Of a DNA stretch of 64,000 nt, positions 9,411 through 19,121 are shown in pieces. This DNA is from Candidatus Latescibacterota bacterium (GTDB lineage: Bacteria > Latescibacterota > UBA2968 > UBA8231): positions 1,824,001 through 1,888,000 of the forward strand of contig OZ252098.1 in NCBI GenBank assembly GCA_965248355.1. The letters are read 5' to 3'. Below the pieces are notes generated by a model that saw nothing but the letters and a program-made list of their open reading frames with translations, was not told the DNA's origin and did no database searches. Within the stretch, counting starts at the first letter, position 1. Each line of letters opens with the position of its first letter. A program made the position numbers and the translations under genes.

Positions 9411-10247
9411 ATGCCGAAAGTCCTGAGTGACGCGGCCGTCGAGCAGTACCACCGCGACGGGTACTTCTACCCCGTCCAAGTCCTGGAGCCGGCGCAGGCC
9501 GCCGAGAACCGGGCCCGCCTCGAGACCTTCGAGGCCGGCCAGGGAGAGCCGATCTCCGGCCCCCAGCGCAGCAAGTCCCACCTCCTGTTCCGCTGGGTCG
9601 ACGACCTCATGCGGCAACCAGCCATCCTCGATGCCGTGGAGGACCTGATCGGACCGGACCTGCTGTGCTGGAACACCCTGTTCTGGGTCAAGGAGTCCGG
9701 CAGCGAGAGCTTCGTCTCCTGGCACCAGGACCTGCGCTACTGGGGCCTGGACAGCGACGACCTGGTCACCGTCTGGCTGGCCCTGTCGCCGGCGACCCTG
9801 GAGAGCGGCTGCATGCGCGTGCTGCCGGGCAGCCACCGCGGCGAGATGATGCAGCACGAGGACGGATACAAGCCCGACAACCTGCTGACCCGGGGACAGG
9901 AGATCGCCGTCGAGGTGGACGAGGCCCGGACCGTGGCCATGCCCCTGGAGGCCGGACAGGTGTCGCTGCACAACGTGCGGCTGGCCCACGCCTCCGGTCC
10001 CAACCGCTCGCCGGACCGGCGCATCGGCCTGTCCCTGCACTACATGCCCACCAGCACGCGCCAGATGGTCGGCGAATGGGACAGCGCCGCCCTCGTGCGC
10101 GGCGAGGACCGGTACGGCCACTTCACCCACGCGCCGAGACCCGACAGGGACTTCGACCCGGTGGCCGTCGAGTTCCACGAGCGCGCCACCGCGGCGGTAC
10201 GCAAGGTCCTGTTCCAGGGGGCCGAGAGGGTTCGCCCGACGATCTGA
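9411..10247 (+). CDS. Phytanoyl-CoA dioxygenase (PhyH) family Fe/2OG oxygenase with canonical HxD
   Basis: YHRDGY, WHQD, GCMRVLPGSH, LAHASGPNRS, RRIG. AAGGAG RBS before ATG 9411. Confidence 0.9.
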   Translation: MPKVLSDAAVEQYHRDGYFYPVQVLEPAQAAENRARLETFEAGQGEPISGPQRSKSHLLFRWVDDLMRQPAILDAVEDLIGPDLLCWNTLFWVKESGSESFVSWHQDLRYWGLDSDDLVTVWLALSPATLESGCMRVLPGSHRGEMMQHEDGYKPDNLLTRGQEIAVEVDEARTVAMPLEAGQVSLHNVRLAHASGPNRSPDRRIGLSLHYMPTSTRQMVGEWDSAALVRGEDRYGHFTHAPRPDRDFDPVAVEFHERATAAVRKVLFQGAERVRPTI

Positions 10248-10268
10248 GAGCGCCCTTCCGCCAGAGCT

Positions 10269-11144
10269 TCAGCCCACGCGCACGGTCCCGTCCGCCTCCA
10301 CGGCCAGGAACACCTGGTCCGTGCCCGGCGCCGAGGCCGGACCGTACATCACCGCCCGTTCCACGTCCGACATCCCCTCCACCAGCTCCTCGCCCCAGTG
10401 GATCTGCGGCGGCGCCAGCCGGGCCGATCGGCCCGTGCGCGTGGCCGTGCGGCCGGCGTATTTGAACAGCACGGACCGGCGGTCGTGGCCGGCCCGCCAC
10501 GGCAGGGTGCCGTGGGTCTGGGCGCCGTCCATGAAGAACAGGACGTCGCCGGCCCTCAACTCGGGCTGCGTCACCAGGCCCATGTCGTCGTCCGCGGTGC
10601 GCACCCCCCGGGGCATGGGGAACCCCGCCTTGTGGCTGCCGGGCACGCAGGCGAAGCCGCCGTCGCCGGGGCCGGCGCCGGCCAGGCTCCAGGACACGGT
10701 CACGCCGGCGCAGTAGCCCCGTCCGGCCTGATGGTGGTAGGCGACGTATGGCCGGTGGGGCTCCCCGGCGCCGTGCATGACCAGGCCCTCCGTGCCCTCG
10801 ACGCCGCCGATGTAGTGGGGCCCGTGGTCGAAGCGGAAACCGGGTCCGCACATCTCGTTGAGGCGGCTCACCACGGCGGGATGGGCGAGCATGCGGCGGA
10901 AGGGCTCGCAGTGCGGCTTCGGCAGGGTGAGCAGCTCCTCGGAGGCCGTTATTCTCACGTGCCCGCTGCCCTGCAGGCGCCGCGACTCCCGCGGCCCCGG
11001 GCTCTCCCCCGCGTGGTGCACGACGCCCCGCTCGTGACAGTCGTCGAGGGCGGCGTTGGCCGCCGCCAGCTCGCCGGCGGTGAGCACCTGCGGCACCACG
11101 AGGTAGCCCGTCAGATCCCAGTGGTAGCGCTCTCTCTCGTCCAT
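10269..11144 (-). CDS. PhyH family Fe/2OG oxygenase with HxA motif
   Basis: WDLTGYLVV, MHGAG, GGFACVPGSHK, THGTLPW, RRSVLFKY. Confidence 0.85.
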   Translation of the reverse strand: MDERERYHWDLTGYLVVPQVLTAGELAAANAALDDCHERGVVHHAGESPGPRESRRLQGSGHVRITASEELLTLPKPHCEPFRRMLAHPAVVSRLNEMCGPGFRFDHGPHYIGGVEGTEGLVMHGAGEPHRPYVAYHHQAGRGYCAGVTVSWSLAGAGPGDGGFACVPGSHKAGFPMPRGVRTADDDMGLVTQPELRAGDVLFFMDGAQTHGTLPWRAGHDRRSVLFKYAGRTATRTGRSARLAPPQIHWGEELVEGMSDVERAVMYGPASAPGTDQVFLAVEADGTVRVG

Positions 11145-11156
11145 GTCGATCCTCCC

Positions 11157-12041
11157 TCAGCCTCTGTGGACGACGCGCACGCCGACCCCGTCCGACTCCA
11201 GCAGCGGCATCCCGCCGCCGTGCACCCCGGGGCCGTACATGACCGCCCGCTCGGCCTCGGTCAGTTCCTCCGTCCACTCGCCGTAACGGTCGCGCGGCTT
11301 GAAGTGCCGGCCCACGGACCTCGCCGCGCCGCGCTCCGCGTACTTGTAGAGCACGGAACGGCGTTCCCCTTCGCCCCTCCACGGGAGCGTGCCGTGGGTG
11401 GCGGTCTCGGCGAAGAACAACACGTCTCCGGCGGCCATGGCCGGCTGCACGACCAGACCCATGTCGTCCTCGGCGGTGCGCACCCCCCGCGGGGTCGGCT
11501 CCCGGGACTTGTGGCTGCCCGGGACCACGGCGAACCCGCCATCGCCCTCGCCCACGTCGGTCAGCTGCCAGGCCACGGTGACGCCGCGGCAGGAGATCAC
11601 CGAGTTCTGTTGGTGGTACCAGGTGGCGGGGCTGAAGGGCTCGCCGGCGCCGTGCAGGAGGTGGCCCTCGGTGCCGGCCGTGGCGCCGATCAGCAGGGGC
11701 CCGTGGTCGAGGCGGAAACCGCGGCCGCTCATCTCGTTCAGCCGCGACACGACCACGGGGTGCACCAGGAGGTCGCGGAAGGGCTGGCGGTGGGGCTGCG
11801 GCCAGCCGAGCATCCCGGTCAGCTCGCGCCGGCCCGAGCCGCCGGTCAGGGCCGTGGAGCCCCGCGCCAGGCCGCCCCCGTCCACGGGGCGCGTGCGGAT
11901 GCGGCCGGCGTGGTGGTCGATGGGGTCGTTGCAGGCGCGCACTTCTTCGGCGGACAGGGCGCCGCGCACGACCAGGTACCCCCGCAGGTCGAAGTAGTAC
12001 TTCTCCTCGTCGGTCATGACGAAGGGTCCGGCCTGACTCAT
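11157..12041 (-). CDS. PhyH family Fe/2OG oxygenase with HxA motif
   Basis: FDLRGYLVV, LHGAG, GGFAVVPGSHK, THGTLPW, RRSVLYKY. Start ATG 12041 after GAGGAG. Confidence 0.85.
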   Translation of the reverse strand: MSQAGPFVMTDEEKYYFDLRGYLVVRGALSAEEVRACNDPIDHHAGRIRTRPVDGGGLARGSTALTGGSGRRELTGMLGWPQPHRQPFRDLLVHPVVVSRLNEMSGRGFRLDHGPLLIGATAGTEGHLLHGAGEPFSPATWYHQQNSVISCRGVTVAWQLTDVGEGDGGFAVVPGSHKSREPTPRGVRTAEDDMGLVVQPAMAAGDVLFFAETATHGTLPWRGEGERRSVLYKYAERGAARSVGRHFKPRDRYGEWTEELTEAERAVMYGPGVHGGGMPLLESDGVGVRVVHRG

Positions 12042-12127
12042 CTCCTCACTCCTCTTCGTTTGCTCGTCTCTGCGTGCGCCAATATGGTACGCAGCCGCCC
12101 GCCCTCCAACCTCCACGGTCCGCTTCG

Positions 12128-13423
12128 ATGACGCCCAACGTCCTGCTCGTCATCACCGATCAGCAGTCGCGCTTCGCCCAGTCCGCCGCCGGCAACGAAT
12201 GGGTGGGCACCCCTCACCTCGACGCCCTGTCGGCAGCGGGCGTGCGCTTCACGCGCGCCTACTGCGCGGCGCCCGTCTGCAGTCCCTCGCGCGCCAGCTT
12301 GGCCACCGGCCGGCCCCCTCACCAGACCGGACTGGTGGCCAACGGCATGCCCTGGCCCGAAACCACACCCGAAGTCTGCGGCCACTTCCTGCGCCACGGG
12401 TACGACGTGGGCTGGGTGGGGAAGCGAACGGGGAACCCACCCGAGCCGAGCGCGGAGGGCGGGCGGTTCGAACTCCTTCTGCCCGAGGGCGTCGGCACCC
12501 GCCTGGGCAGCGAGAGCGACACGGCCATCGCCGATGCGGCGATCCGCTACCTGCGCCGTCCGGGTCGTGAACGGCCGTTCTTCCTCGGCGTGACCCTGAT
12601 CAACCCTCACGACATCTGCTACTGGGTGATGGGGATGGCGGCGGACACCGCCGCCGGCGGCCCCCTGCCGCCGCTGCCCGCCGGCTTCGAACCAGCCGCA
12701 GACGAGCCCGACTTCATCCGCCGCTGCCGGCAGCGCGCCCACTACGGTCCCGAGAACACCTTCACGCGGGACTGGGACCGCCGCGACTGGCGCCGCTACC
12801 TGCGCGAGTACCACGCTCTGACCGGGCGCGCCGACGCCGAGACGGGGCGCATCCTGGCGGCCCTGGGCGACGCTGGTCTCGAACAGGACACCCTGGTGGC
12901 CTGCACCAGCGACCACGGCGAGGGCATGGCCCGGCACCGCTGGGTGGTGAAGCTGATGCTGTGGGAGAGCGTCGTCTCCGTGCCCCTGACTCTGTCGTGG
13001 CCGGGCGTGATCCCCCAGGGGCAGGTGCGCGGCCATCTGGCCTCGGGCCTGGACCTGCTGCCCACCTTGTGCGACTACGCCGGGCTGCCGGTCCCGGCCG
13101 GCGTGGTCGGCCGGAGTCTGCGCGGCGCCGTCGAGGAGGGTGACGGCCCCGGACGGGAGTACGTCGTCACCGAGCTGCACCCGGACGACGAGGACCTGTC
13201 CTTCTCCGCGCGCATCGTCGTGTCCGCCCGCCACAAGTACGTGGCGTTCTCCGAGGGCCGGCCCCGCGAGGTCCTCTTCGATCTCGAGGCGGACCCCGGC
13301 GAGACCCGGGACCTGGCCGGCGACCCCACGCAGTCGCCCATCCTCGCCGCGCACCGGCGCTACCTGGAGCGGTGGATCGAGGGGACCGAGGACCGCGACT
13401 TCCCTCTACCCCCCACAGGCTGA
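12128..13423 (+). CDS. Sulfatase (formylglycine type, choline-sulfatase-like)
   Basis: PNVLLVITDQ, CSPSRASLATG (CxPxR), NPHD, SDHGE, FDLEADPGE. Confidence 0.92.
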   Translation: MTPNVLLVITDQQSRFAQSAAGNEWVGTPHLDALSAAGVRFTRAYCAAPVCSPSRASLATGRPPHQTGLVANGMPWPETTPEVCGHFLRHGYDVGWVGKRTGNPPEPSAEGGRFELLLPEGVGTRLGSESDTAIADAAIRYLRRPGRERPFFLGVTLINPHDICYWVMGMAADTAAGGPLPPLPAGFEPAADEPDFIRRCRQRAHYGPENTFTRDWDRRDWRRYLREYHALTGRADAETGRILAALGDAGLEQDTLVACTSDHGEGMARHRWVVKLMLWESVVSVPLTLSWPGVIPQGQVRGHLASGLDLLPTLCDYAGLPVPAGVVGRSLRGAVEEGDGPGREYVVTELHPDDEDLSFSARIVVSARHKYVAFSEGRPREVLFDLEADPGETRDLAGDPTQSPILAAHRRYLERWIEGTEDRDFPLPPTG

Positions 13424-13428
13424 AACCG

Positions 13429-14052
13429 ATGAACGACCGCGAGAAGTTCCTCTTCGACCTGAACGGCTATCTCGTCCTCGAGGATGCGCTGACCGCGGAT
13501 GAAGTCCTCGCCGCCAACGCCGCCGTCGACCACCACGCCGACCGGATCTCCGACCGCGAGCCCGGCCTGATCCGCATGGTGCGCGGCACCGAGGGCCACC
13601 AGCTGCACGGCGGCATGACCTTCGATCCGAGCCAGTTCCACCGCTTCGACCACGGCCGCATGCAATGCGGCCTGTGCGTGGCCGCCTGGCAGCTGACCGG
13701 CGTGGAGGCCGGCGACGGCGGCTTCGCCTGTATCCCCGGCAGTCACAAGTCCCACTACCGGCCCGCCTCGGAGGTGCTCCGCCTCGAGCAGGACTGGGGT
13801 TGCGTGCGCCAGGTCGAGGCCCCTGCCGGCTCGGTGGTGTTCTTCAACGAGGCCCTCGTGCACGGCACGCTGCCGTGGCAGCCGGCCCATCGCGAACGCC
13901 GCTCCGTGCTGTTCAAGTATTCCCCGGGATCCCTGTCGTGGGGTTCCCCCCACGGCGAGTGCCCCATGGCGGACCCCACCGAGGCCGAGCGCGCCCTCTA
14001 CGAGCCGCCCCGCCGCACGGGGCGCACCGAGCTGCGAGGCGCCGCTCAGTAG
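13429..14052 (+). CDS. PhyH family protein with HxG motif and an apparent ~60-aa in-frame internal deletion (possible pseudogene)
   Basis: FDLNGYLVL, LHGG, GGFACIPGSHK, VHGTLPW, RRSVLFKY. Lacks the segment paralogues carry between DHHADRI and LI. Confidence 0.75.
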   Translation: MNDREKFLFDLNGYLVLEDALTADEVLAANAAVDHHADRISDREPGLIRMVRGTEGHQLHGGMTFDPSQFHRFDHGRMQCGLCVAAWQLTGVEAGDGGFACIPGSHKSHYRPASEVLRLEQDWGCVRQVEAPAGSVVFFNEALVHGTLPWQPAHRERRSVLFKYSPGSLSWGSPHGECPMADPTEAERALYEPPRRTGRTELRGAAQ

Positions 14053-14939
14053 CGCGCCCCCGCCAGCTCCTCGCGCATCAGCTCCATCAGCGCCGCCGCG
14101 GCCGACGACGGCGGCCGGCCCCGGTGCCGCACGAGACCGACTGAGCGCCGTGGCACGCCCCTGGCGCCGACCGCGGCCAGTCGGCCCGCCGCCACTTCGT
14201 CGGCCAGCGACACCTGCGGCACCAGGGCAACGCCGAAGCCGATCTCCACGAAGCGCTTGATGATCTCGATGCTGCCCAGCTCCATGACGATCGCCGGAGT
14301 CGTTCCGGCGCCGCGCAGCACGGCGTCGAGCAGGGAGCGGCTCTGGCTGCCGCGCTCGAGGGCCAGCAGCGGATAACGCCCCGCCGTGGCCGGCCGCACC
14401 GCCTTGCGCCGGGACAGGGGGTGCCCCGCGGGGCAGATCCATACGTCGCTGCGCTCGAAGACGGGCTCCGTCGACAGCCCGCGGTCGCGGATCGGCAGGG
14501 TCGCCAGCCCGAAGTCGATCTCGTCCGCCAGCACCAACTGGCCGATCTCGGAGGACATCTTGTTGCGGATGTCCACCTCCACCTCGGGGAAGCGTTCGCG
14601 GAAACGGCCCAGCACCGGGGGCAGCACGTAGGTGCAGTTGGTGTCGCTCGTGGCCAGCAGCACCCGGCCCCGCACGTGGGTCCCCATCTCCTCCAGCTCG
14701 GCCTGCGCCGCCGCCAGCTCACCCAGGACCGAGCGCACCCGCCGGAAGAGGGCCTCGCCGGCTTGGGTGAGGCGCACGCCCTTGCGGCCGCGTTCCAGCA
14801 GGCTCTGCCCGAGCTCCTCCTCCAGCGCCTTGATCTGCTGGCTGACGGCCGGCTGGGTCAGGAACAGCTTGTCCGCGGCCCGGGTGAAGCTGCCCTGGCG
14901 GGCGACCTCGAAGAATCCGCGCAGCTGCTGCAGCTCCAC
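14046..14939 (-). CDS. LysR family transcriptional regulator
   Basis: ELQQLRGFFEVARQGSFTRAADKLFLTQPAVSQQIKALEEELG HTH. GTG start at 14939 after GAGGAGG. Confidence 0.95.
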   Translation of the reverse strand: MELQQLRGFFEVARQGSFTRAADKLFLTQPAVSQQIKALEEELGQSLLERGRKGVRLTQAGEALFRRVRSVLGELAAAQAELEEMGTHVRGRVLLATSDTNCTYVLPPVLGRFRERFPEVEVDIRNKMSSEIGQLVLADEIDFGLATLPIRDRGLSTEPVFERSDVWICPAGHPLSRRKAVRPATAGRYPLLALERGSQSRSLLDAVLRGAGTTPAIVMELGSIEIIKRFVEIGFGVALVPQVSLADEVAAGRLAAVGARGVPRRSVGLVRHRGRPPSSAAAALMELMREELAGARY

Positions 14940-14970
14940 GCTGTTCCTCCTCTCTGAACATCGAACTGAT

Positions 14971-14985
14971 TTATCCCGAGTATAA
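14971..14985. promoter_or_regulatory. Candidate LysR recognition site (TTAT-N7-ATAA)
   Basis: ttat-cccgagt-ataa dyad in the AT-rich divergent intergenic region between lysR and purA. Confidence 0.55.
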
Positions 14986-15063
14986 GAAGAATCACCTTGG
15001 CTTATGTATTCGCCCGCCGCACATTCCTCGCGGACACGCTTCACCTTCACCGGAGGAACTCCC

Positions 15064-16365
15064 ATGTCCGTCACCGCCGTGGTCGGCGCCGCCTGGGGCG
15101 ACGAGGGCAAGGGCAAGATCACCGACGCCCTGGCCGCCGGCGCCGGCGTGGTGGCTCGCTTCCAGGGCGGCCGCAACGCCGGTCACACCATCGTCAACGA
15201 CTTCGGGCGGTTCGCCCTGCACCAGCTGCCCTCGGGTGTGTTCCGCCCCGGCGTGGCCAACCTCCTGGGCCCCGGGGTCGCCGTCGATCCCACGGCGCTG
15301 CTCGAGGAGCTTGACGGGCTGACGGCCGGCGGCGTGCCGGCTCCGCATCTCGGGATCTCGGATCGGGCCCAGGTGGTCCTGCCCACGCACGTCCTCGCCG
15401 ATGGCTGCGAGGAGGACCGCCTCGGAGACAGGGCCTTCGGATCGACCCGGGCCGGCATGGCCCCGTTCTACGCGGACAAGTGCCTCAAGGTGGGCGTGCA
15501 GGTGGGAGACCTATTCGACCCGGGCTGGCTGCGGGAGCGCCTCGGCCGCTCGCTGGAGGCGCGCAACGTGCTGTTCCGCCACCTCTACGGCCGCGAGGAG
15601 GTGACCGTCGACGGCCTGTGCGACCAGCTGTCTCCCATGATCGAGCGGCTGCGGCCCATGGTCTGCGACACCAGCGCTCTCCTTCGGAGTCTCCTGGCCG
15701 CGGAACAGCACATATTGGTGGAAGGCCAGCTCGGGGCCCTGCGCGATCCCGACCACGGCATCTACCCGTACTCGACCTCGTCCTCCACCCTGGCCGGATT
15801 CGCCAGCGTCGGCCTCGGAATCCCGCCCCTGTCGATGCGGGAAATCGTCGCCGTGGCCAAGGCCTATTCGAGCTGTGTCGGCGCCGGACCCCTCGTCGCC
15901 GAGTGGACGGGAGCCGCCGCCCGGGAACTGCGCCGCCGCGGCGGCGACCGCGGAGAGTACGGCGCCACCACCGGCCGGCCCCGGCGGGTCGGCCCCTTCG
16001 ACGCCGTGGCCACCCGGTACGGCTGCCGGCTCCAGGGCGCCACCTGCGTGGCCCTCACCAACCTCGACGTCCTCGGGTACCTCCACGAGATTCCCCTGTG
16101 CACGGCGTACCGGATCGACGGCCTGGAGACCACCGACTTTCCGCGCACCCGGGACCTGGAGCGCGCGGAGCCGGTGTACGAGACCGCGCCGGGCTGGCGC
16201 ACCGACATCTCCGAGGCCCGCCGCTGGCAGGAACTGCCCGACCCCGCCCGGCGCTACGTCGATCGCCTGGAGGCCCTGATCGAGATGCCCGTCTCCCTGC
16301 TCTCGGTGGGCCCCCATCGCCGCGCCTTGATCCGGCGCGACCACCACGGAGCACCGAATGTCTGA
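15064..16365 (+). CDS. purA: Adenylosuccinate synthetase (atypical clade)
   Basis: WGDEGKGK, GGRNAGHT, EGQLG, YPYSTSS, EYGATTGRPRR, SVGP. Confidence 0.9.
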   Translation: MSVTAVVGAAWGDEGKGKITDALAAGAGVVARFQGGRNAGHTIVNDFGRFALHQLPSGVFRPGVANLLGPGVAVDPTALLEELDGLTAGGVPAPHLGISDRAQVVLPTHVLADGCEEDRLGDRAFGSTRAGMAPFYADKCLKVGVQVGDLFDPGWLRERLGRSLEARNVLFRHLYGREEVTVDGLCDQLSPMIERLRPMVCDTSALLRSLLAAEQHILVEGQLGALRDPDHGIYPYSTSSSTLAGFASVGLGIPPLSMREIVAVAKAYSSCVGAGPLVAEWTGAAARELRRRGGDRGEYGATTGRPRRVGPFDAVATRYGCRLQGATCVALTNLDVLGYLHEIPLCTAYRIDGLETTDFPRTRDLERAEPVYETAPGWRTDISEARRWQELPDPARRYVDRLEALIEMPVSLLSVGPHRRALIRRDHHGAPNV

Positions 16366-17083
16366 CCCGCCCGGCGCCATCCTCTTCGATCTCGACGACA
16401 CGATCCTGGAATTCGAGGCCGTGGCCGGTCCCGCCTGGAGGGAGGTGACGGGGAGGTTCGCCAGCGAGTTCGGCGGGGTGACGCCGGAGAGGGTGCGCCG
16501 GTCGATCGCCGAGGTCTCCCGGGCCTGGTGGTCGGACCCCGAGCGCCACCGCCGGGGGCGGCTGGACCTGGCCAACACGAGGCGCGCCAATGTCGCCGAG
16601 GCGTTGCGGGCCCTGGCCATCGGCGACGAGGGCGCGGAAGACGCCCTCTCGGCGCGGATGGCCGCCGCCTTCGCCGAGGCCCGCACGGCGGCGATCCGGC
16701 CTTTTGCCGGCGCCGTGGAGACCCTGCGGCACTTCGCCGCGGCCGGGGTGCCCATGGCCCTGGTCACCAACGGCGACACCGCCGGCCAGCGCGCCAAGAT
16801 CGAGCGCTTCCACCTGGCCGGGTTCTTCCGCCGCATCGTCATCGAGGAGGAGTTCGGCGTGGGCAAGCCGGACGAGCGCGTCTTCCGGCATGCCCTCGAG
16901 GCCCTGGGCGCCAGTCCGCAAGGCGCCTGGATGGTAGGCGACAACCTCCGGTGGGAGATCGAGCCCTGCCGCCGGCTGGGACTGCGCACGGTCTGGGTCG
17001 ACATCGGCGGCCGGGGACTGCCGGAGGACGCCCCCGCGGCGCCCCACCTCACGGTGCGCGCCATCGCCGAGCTTCCCGGGTAA
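16358..17083 (+). CDS. HAD superfamily hydrolase (YjjG/nucleotidase-like)
   Basis: FDLDDT, TNG, KP, MVGDN motifs. Overlaps the purA stop. Confidence 0.9.
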   Translation: MSDPPGAILFDLDDTILEFEAVAGPAWREVTGRFASEFGGVTPERVRRSIAEVSRAWWSDPERHRRGRLDLANTRRANVAEALRALAIGDEGAEDALSARMAAAFAEARTAAIRPFAGAVETLRHFAAAGVPMALVTNGDTAGQRAKIERFHLAGFFRRIVIEEEFGVGKPDERVFRHALEALGASPQGAWMVGDNLRWEIEPCRRLGLRTVWVDIGGRGLPEDAPAAPHLTVRAIAELPG

Positions 17084-17210
17084 GGACGCCCCGCTCGAGG
17101 CTTGTCACGCCGGGCGCTGCGTGCCCCGCGGGCCGGGACTCTCCCGAGGCGCGCGCGGGCCCCCCTCCCGCTTGCGCCGCCGCCAGCGCCGGCCGACCTT
17201 CGAATCGGTG

Positions 17211-19118
17211 ATGGCCATCGATCTCGACGCCGGACTGCAGCGCTTCGGATTCACCGCCTTCCGGCCCGGCCAGCGGGAGGCCGTGGAGGCCCTGCTCGAC
17301 GTGGGGCGCGTGCTGCTCGTGGCGCCCACCGGCGGCGGCAAGAGCCTCACCTACCAGCTCCCCGCCGCCCTCCTTCCGGGCACGACCCTGGTCATCTCCC
17401 CCCTCATCGCCCTGATGCACGACCAGGTGTCCGCCCTCGAGGCCCGGGGCGTGCCCGCCACCTACCTGGCCGGCACTCTCGACGGCGACGAGATCCGCCG
17501 GCGCATGGGAGCCCTGGCCCGGGGCCGCTACAAGCTCGCCTACGTGGCCCCTGAGCGGCTCACCTTCGACGGCTTCCGTCAACTCGTGGGAGGTCTCGAG
17601 TGCCCTCTCGTGGCCGTCGACGAGGCCCACTGCATCAGCGAGTGGGGCCACGACTTCCGCCCCGAGTACATGCAGATCGGCGAGCTCCTGGCCCTGCTGC
17701 CCGAGGCTCGCCTCCTGGCCTGCACCGCCACGGCCACGCCCGTGGTGCGCGACGAGATCCTCGAGCGGCTCGGCCTGCCCGCCGACACGCCCCAGCACGT
17801 GCGCGGCTTCGCGCGGCCCAACCTCGCCTTTCGAGTGCACCCGACGCGGGGCAAGGGCGAGCGGGAGGGCCGCGTCGACGCGGCCCTGGCCGAGACCTTG
17901 AACGCCCCGGGGGCCGGACGGGGCACCGCCATCCTCTACGCCGCCACCCGCCGCCAGACCGAGGAGGAGGCCGGCCGGCTCGCCGGCGCCGGTTGGAACG
18001 CCGCCGCCTACCACGCCGGCATGGACGGTCACGCCCGCGAGTCGGTGCAGCGCGCCTTCGCCGGTGGCGGCCAGGAGATCGTCGTCGCCACCAACGCCTT
18101 CGGCATGGGCATCGACCGCCCCGACGTGCGCTGCCTCGTCCACCTGGCCCCGCCCGGCTCGGTGGAGGCCTACTACCAGGAGGCCGGCCGCGCCGGCCGC
18201 GACGGCGCCGACGCCCTCTGCCTGCTGCTGATCTCGCCGGGCGACATGGGGTTGCGCCGCCGGCTGATCGAGAGCGACGTGGAGGGCCGGGTCCCCGACC
18301 CGGAGACGGTCGCTCACCGCTGGAACCTGTTCCTCGAGCTGATGCGCTGGTCCGAGGGCGGGGGCTGCCGCCACGACGCCATCCTGCGCTATTTCGGCGA
18401 CGAGGAGGAGACCCTGGCCGGCTGCGGCCGCTGCGACGTCTGTCTGCAGCTGGACGACGGCGGCGGCCCCGACGCCAACGAGGTGAGCACCATCGTCCGC
18501 CAGGCCCTGTGCGGCGTGGCCCGGGTCCACGGCCGCTTCGGCATCGGCGCCGCGGCGCGGCTGCTGGGCGGGGCCGACGATCTGCGCCTGCAGCGGGCCG
18601 GCCTGCACAACACCTCCACCTTCGGGGTCCTCTCGGAACGGGCGGAGGAGTGGATCCTCACCCTGCTGCGCCGCTGCGTCACCGCCGGCTGGGTCGACTT
18701 CCAGGGCGGGGACCGTCCCGTGGTGGTGGTCACCGACGAGGGCTACGACGTGATCCACGAGCGCCGGCCGGCGCGCCTGCTGCTGCCCCCGGCCGCGTCG
18801 GAGCGCGGCCCCCGCGCCACTGCGCGGTCCGGCGCCCGGCGGCAGGCGCCCCCGCTCGAGCTGGAGGAGTCCGCGGGCGAGCTGTTCGAGGCCTTGCGGG
18901 CCTGGCGCCTGGAGACGGCCCGGGAGGCCGGGGTGCCGCCCTATGTCGTGGCCAGCGACCGGTCCCTGCGCGACATCGCCGCCCTGAGGCCGGCCGACCC
19001 CGAGGCCCTGCAGACGGCCCACGGCATCGGCCCGGCCAAGGTGGAAAAGTACGGCGCGGCGATCCTGGCCATCGTCCGGGCCGCCGAGGCCGCTCCCGCC
19101 CCGGCGGCGGGAGACTAG
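17211..19118 (+). CDS. recQ: ATP-dependent DNA helicase RecQ with RQC and HRDC domains
   Basis: PTGGGKSL, DEAHCISEWGHDFRP, AFGMGID, YYQEAGRAGRDG, CGRCDVC, HRDC (LRAWRLETAREAGVPPYVV). Confidence 0.95.
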   Translation: MAIDLDAGLQRFGFTAFRPGQREAVEALLDVGRVLLVAPTGGGKSLTYQLPAALLPGTTLVISPLIALMHDQVSALEARGVPATYLAGTLDGDEIRRRMGALARGRYKLAYVAPERLTFDGFRQLVGGLECPLVAVDEAHCISEWGHDFRPEYMQIGELLALLPEARLLACTATATPVVRDEILERLGLPADTPQHVRGFARPNLAFRVHPTRGKGEREGRVDAALAETLNAPGAGRGTAILYAATRRQTEEEAGRLAGAGWNAAAYHAGMDGHARESVQRAFAGGGQEIVVATNAFGMGIDRPDVRCLVHLAPPGSVEAYYQEAGRAGRDGADALCLLLISPGDMGLRRRLIESDVEGRVPDPETVAHRWNLFLELMRWSEGGGCRHDAILRYFGDEEETLAGCGRCDVCLQLDDGGGPDANEVSTIVRQALCGVARVHGRFGIGAAARLLGGADDLRLQRAGLHNTSTFGVLSERAEEWILTLLRRCVTAGWVDFQGGDRPVVVVTDEGYDVIHERRPARLLLPPAASERGPRATARSGARRQAPPLELEESAGELFEALRAWRLETAREAGVPPYVVASDRSLRDIAALRPADPEALQTAHGIGPAKVEKYGAAILAIVRAAEAAPAPAAGD

Positions 19119-19121
19119 CGC

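Noticed and set aside
9246..10178. N-terminal extension of the lactonase ORF (672 aa)
   Set aside because: It is antisense to the PhyH gene. Lactonase homology and an RBS begin at 9245.
15064..16365. PurZ (diaminopurine / Z-genome pathway)
   Set aside because: It retains GDEGKGK with the catalytic Asp rather than the PurZ GSTGKG motif, and there is no phage context.
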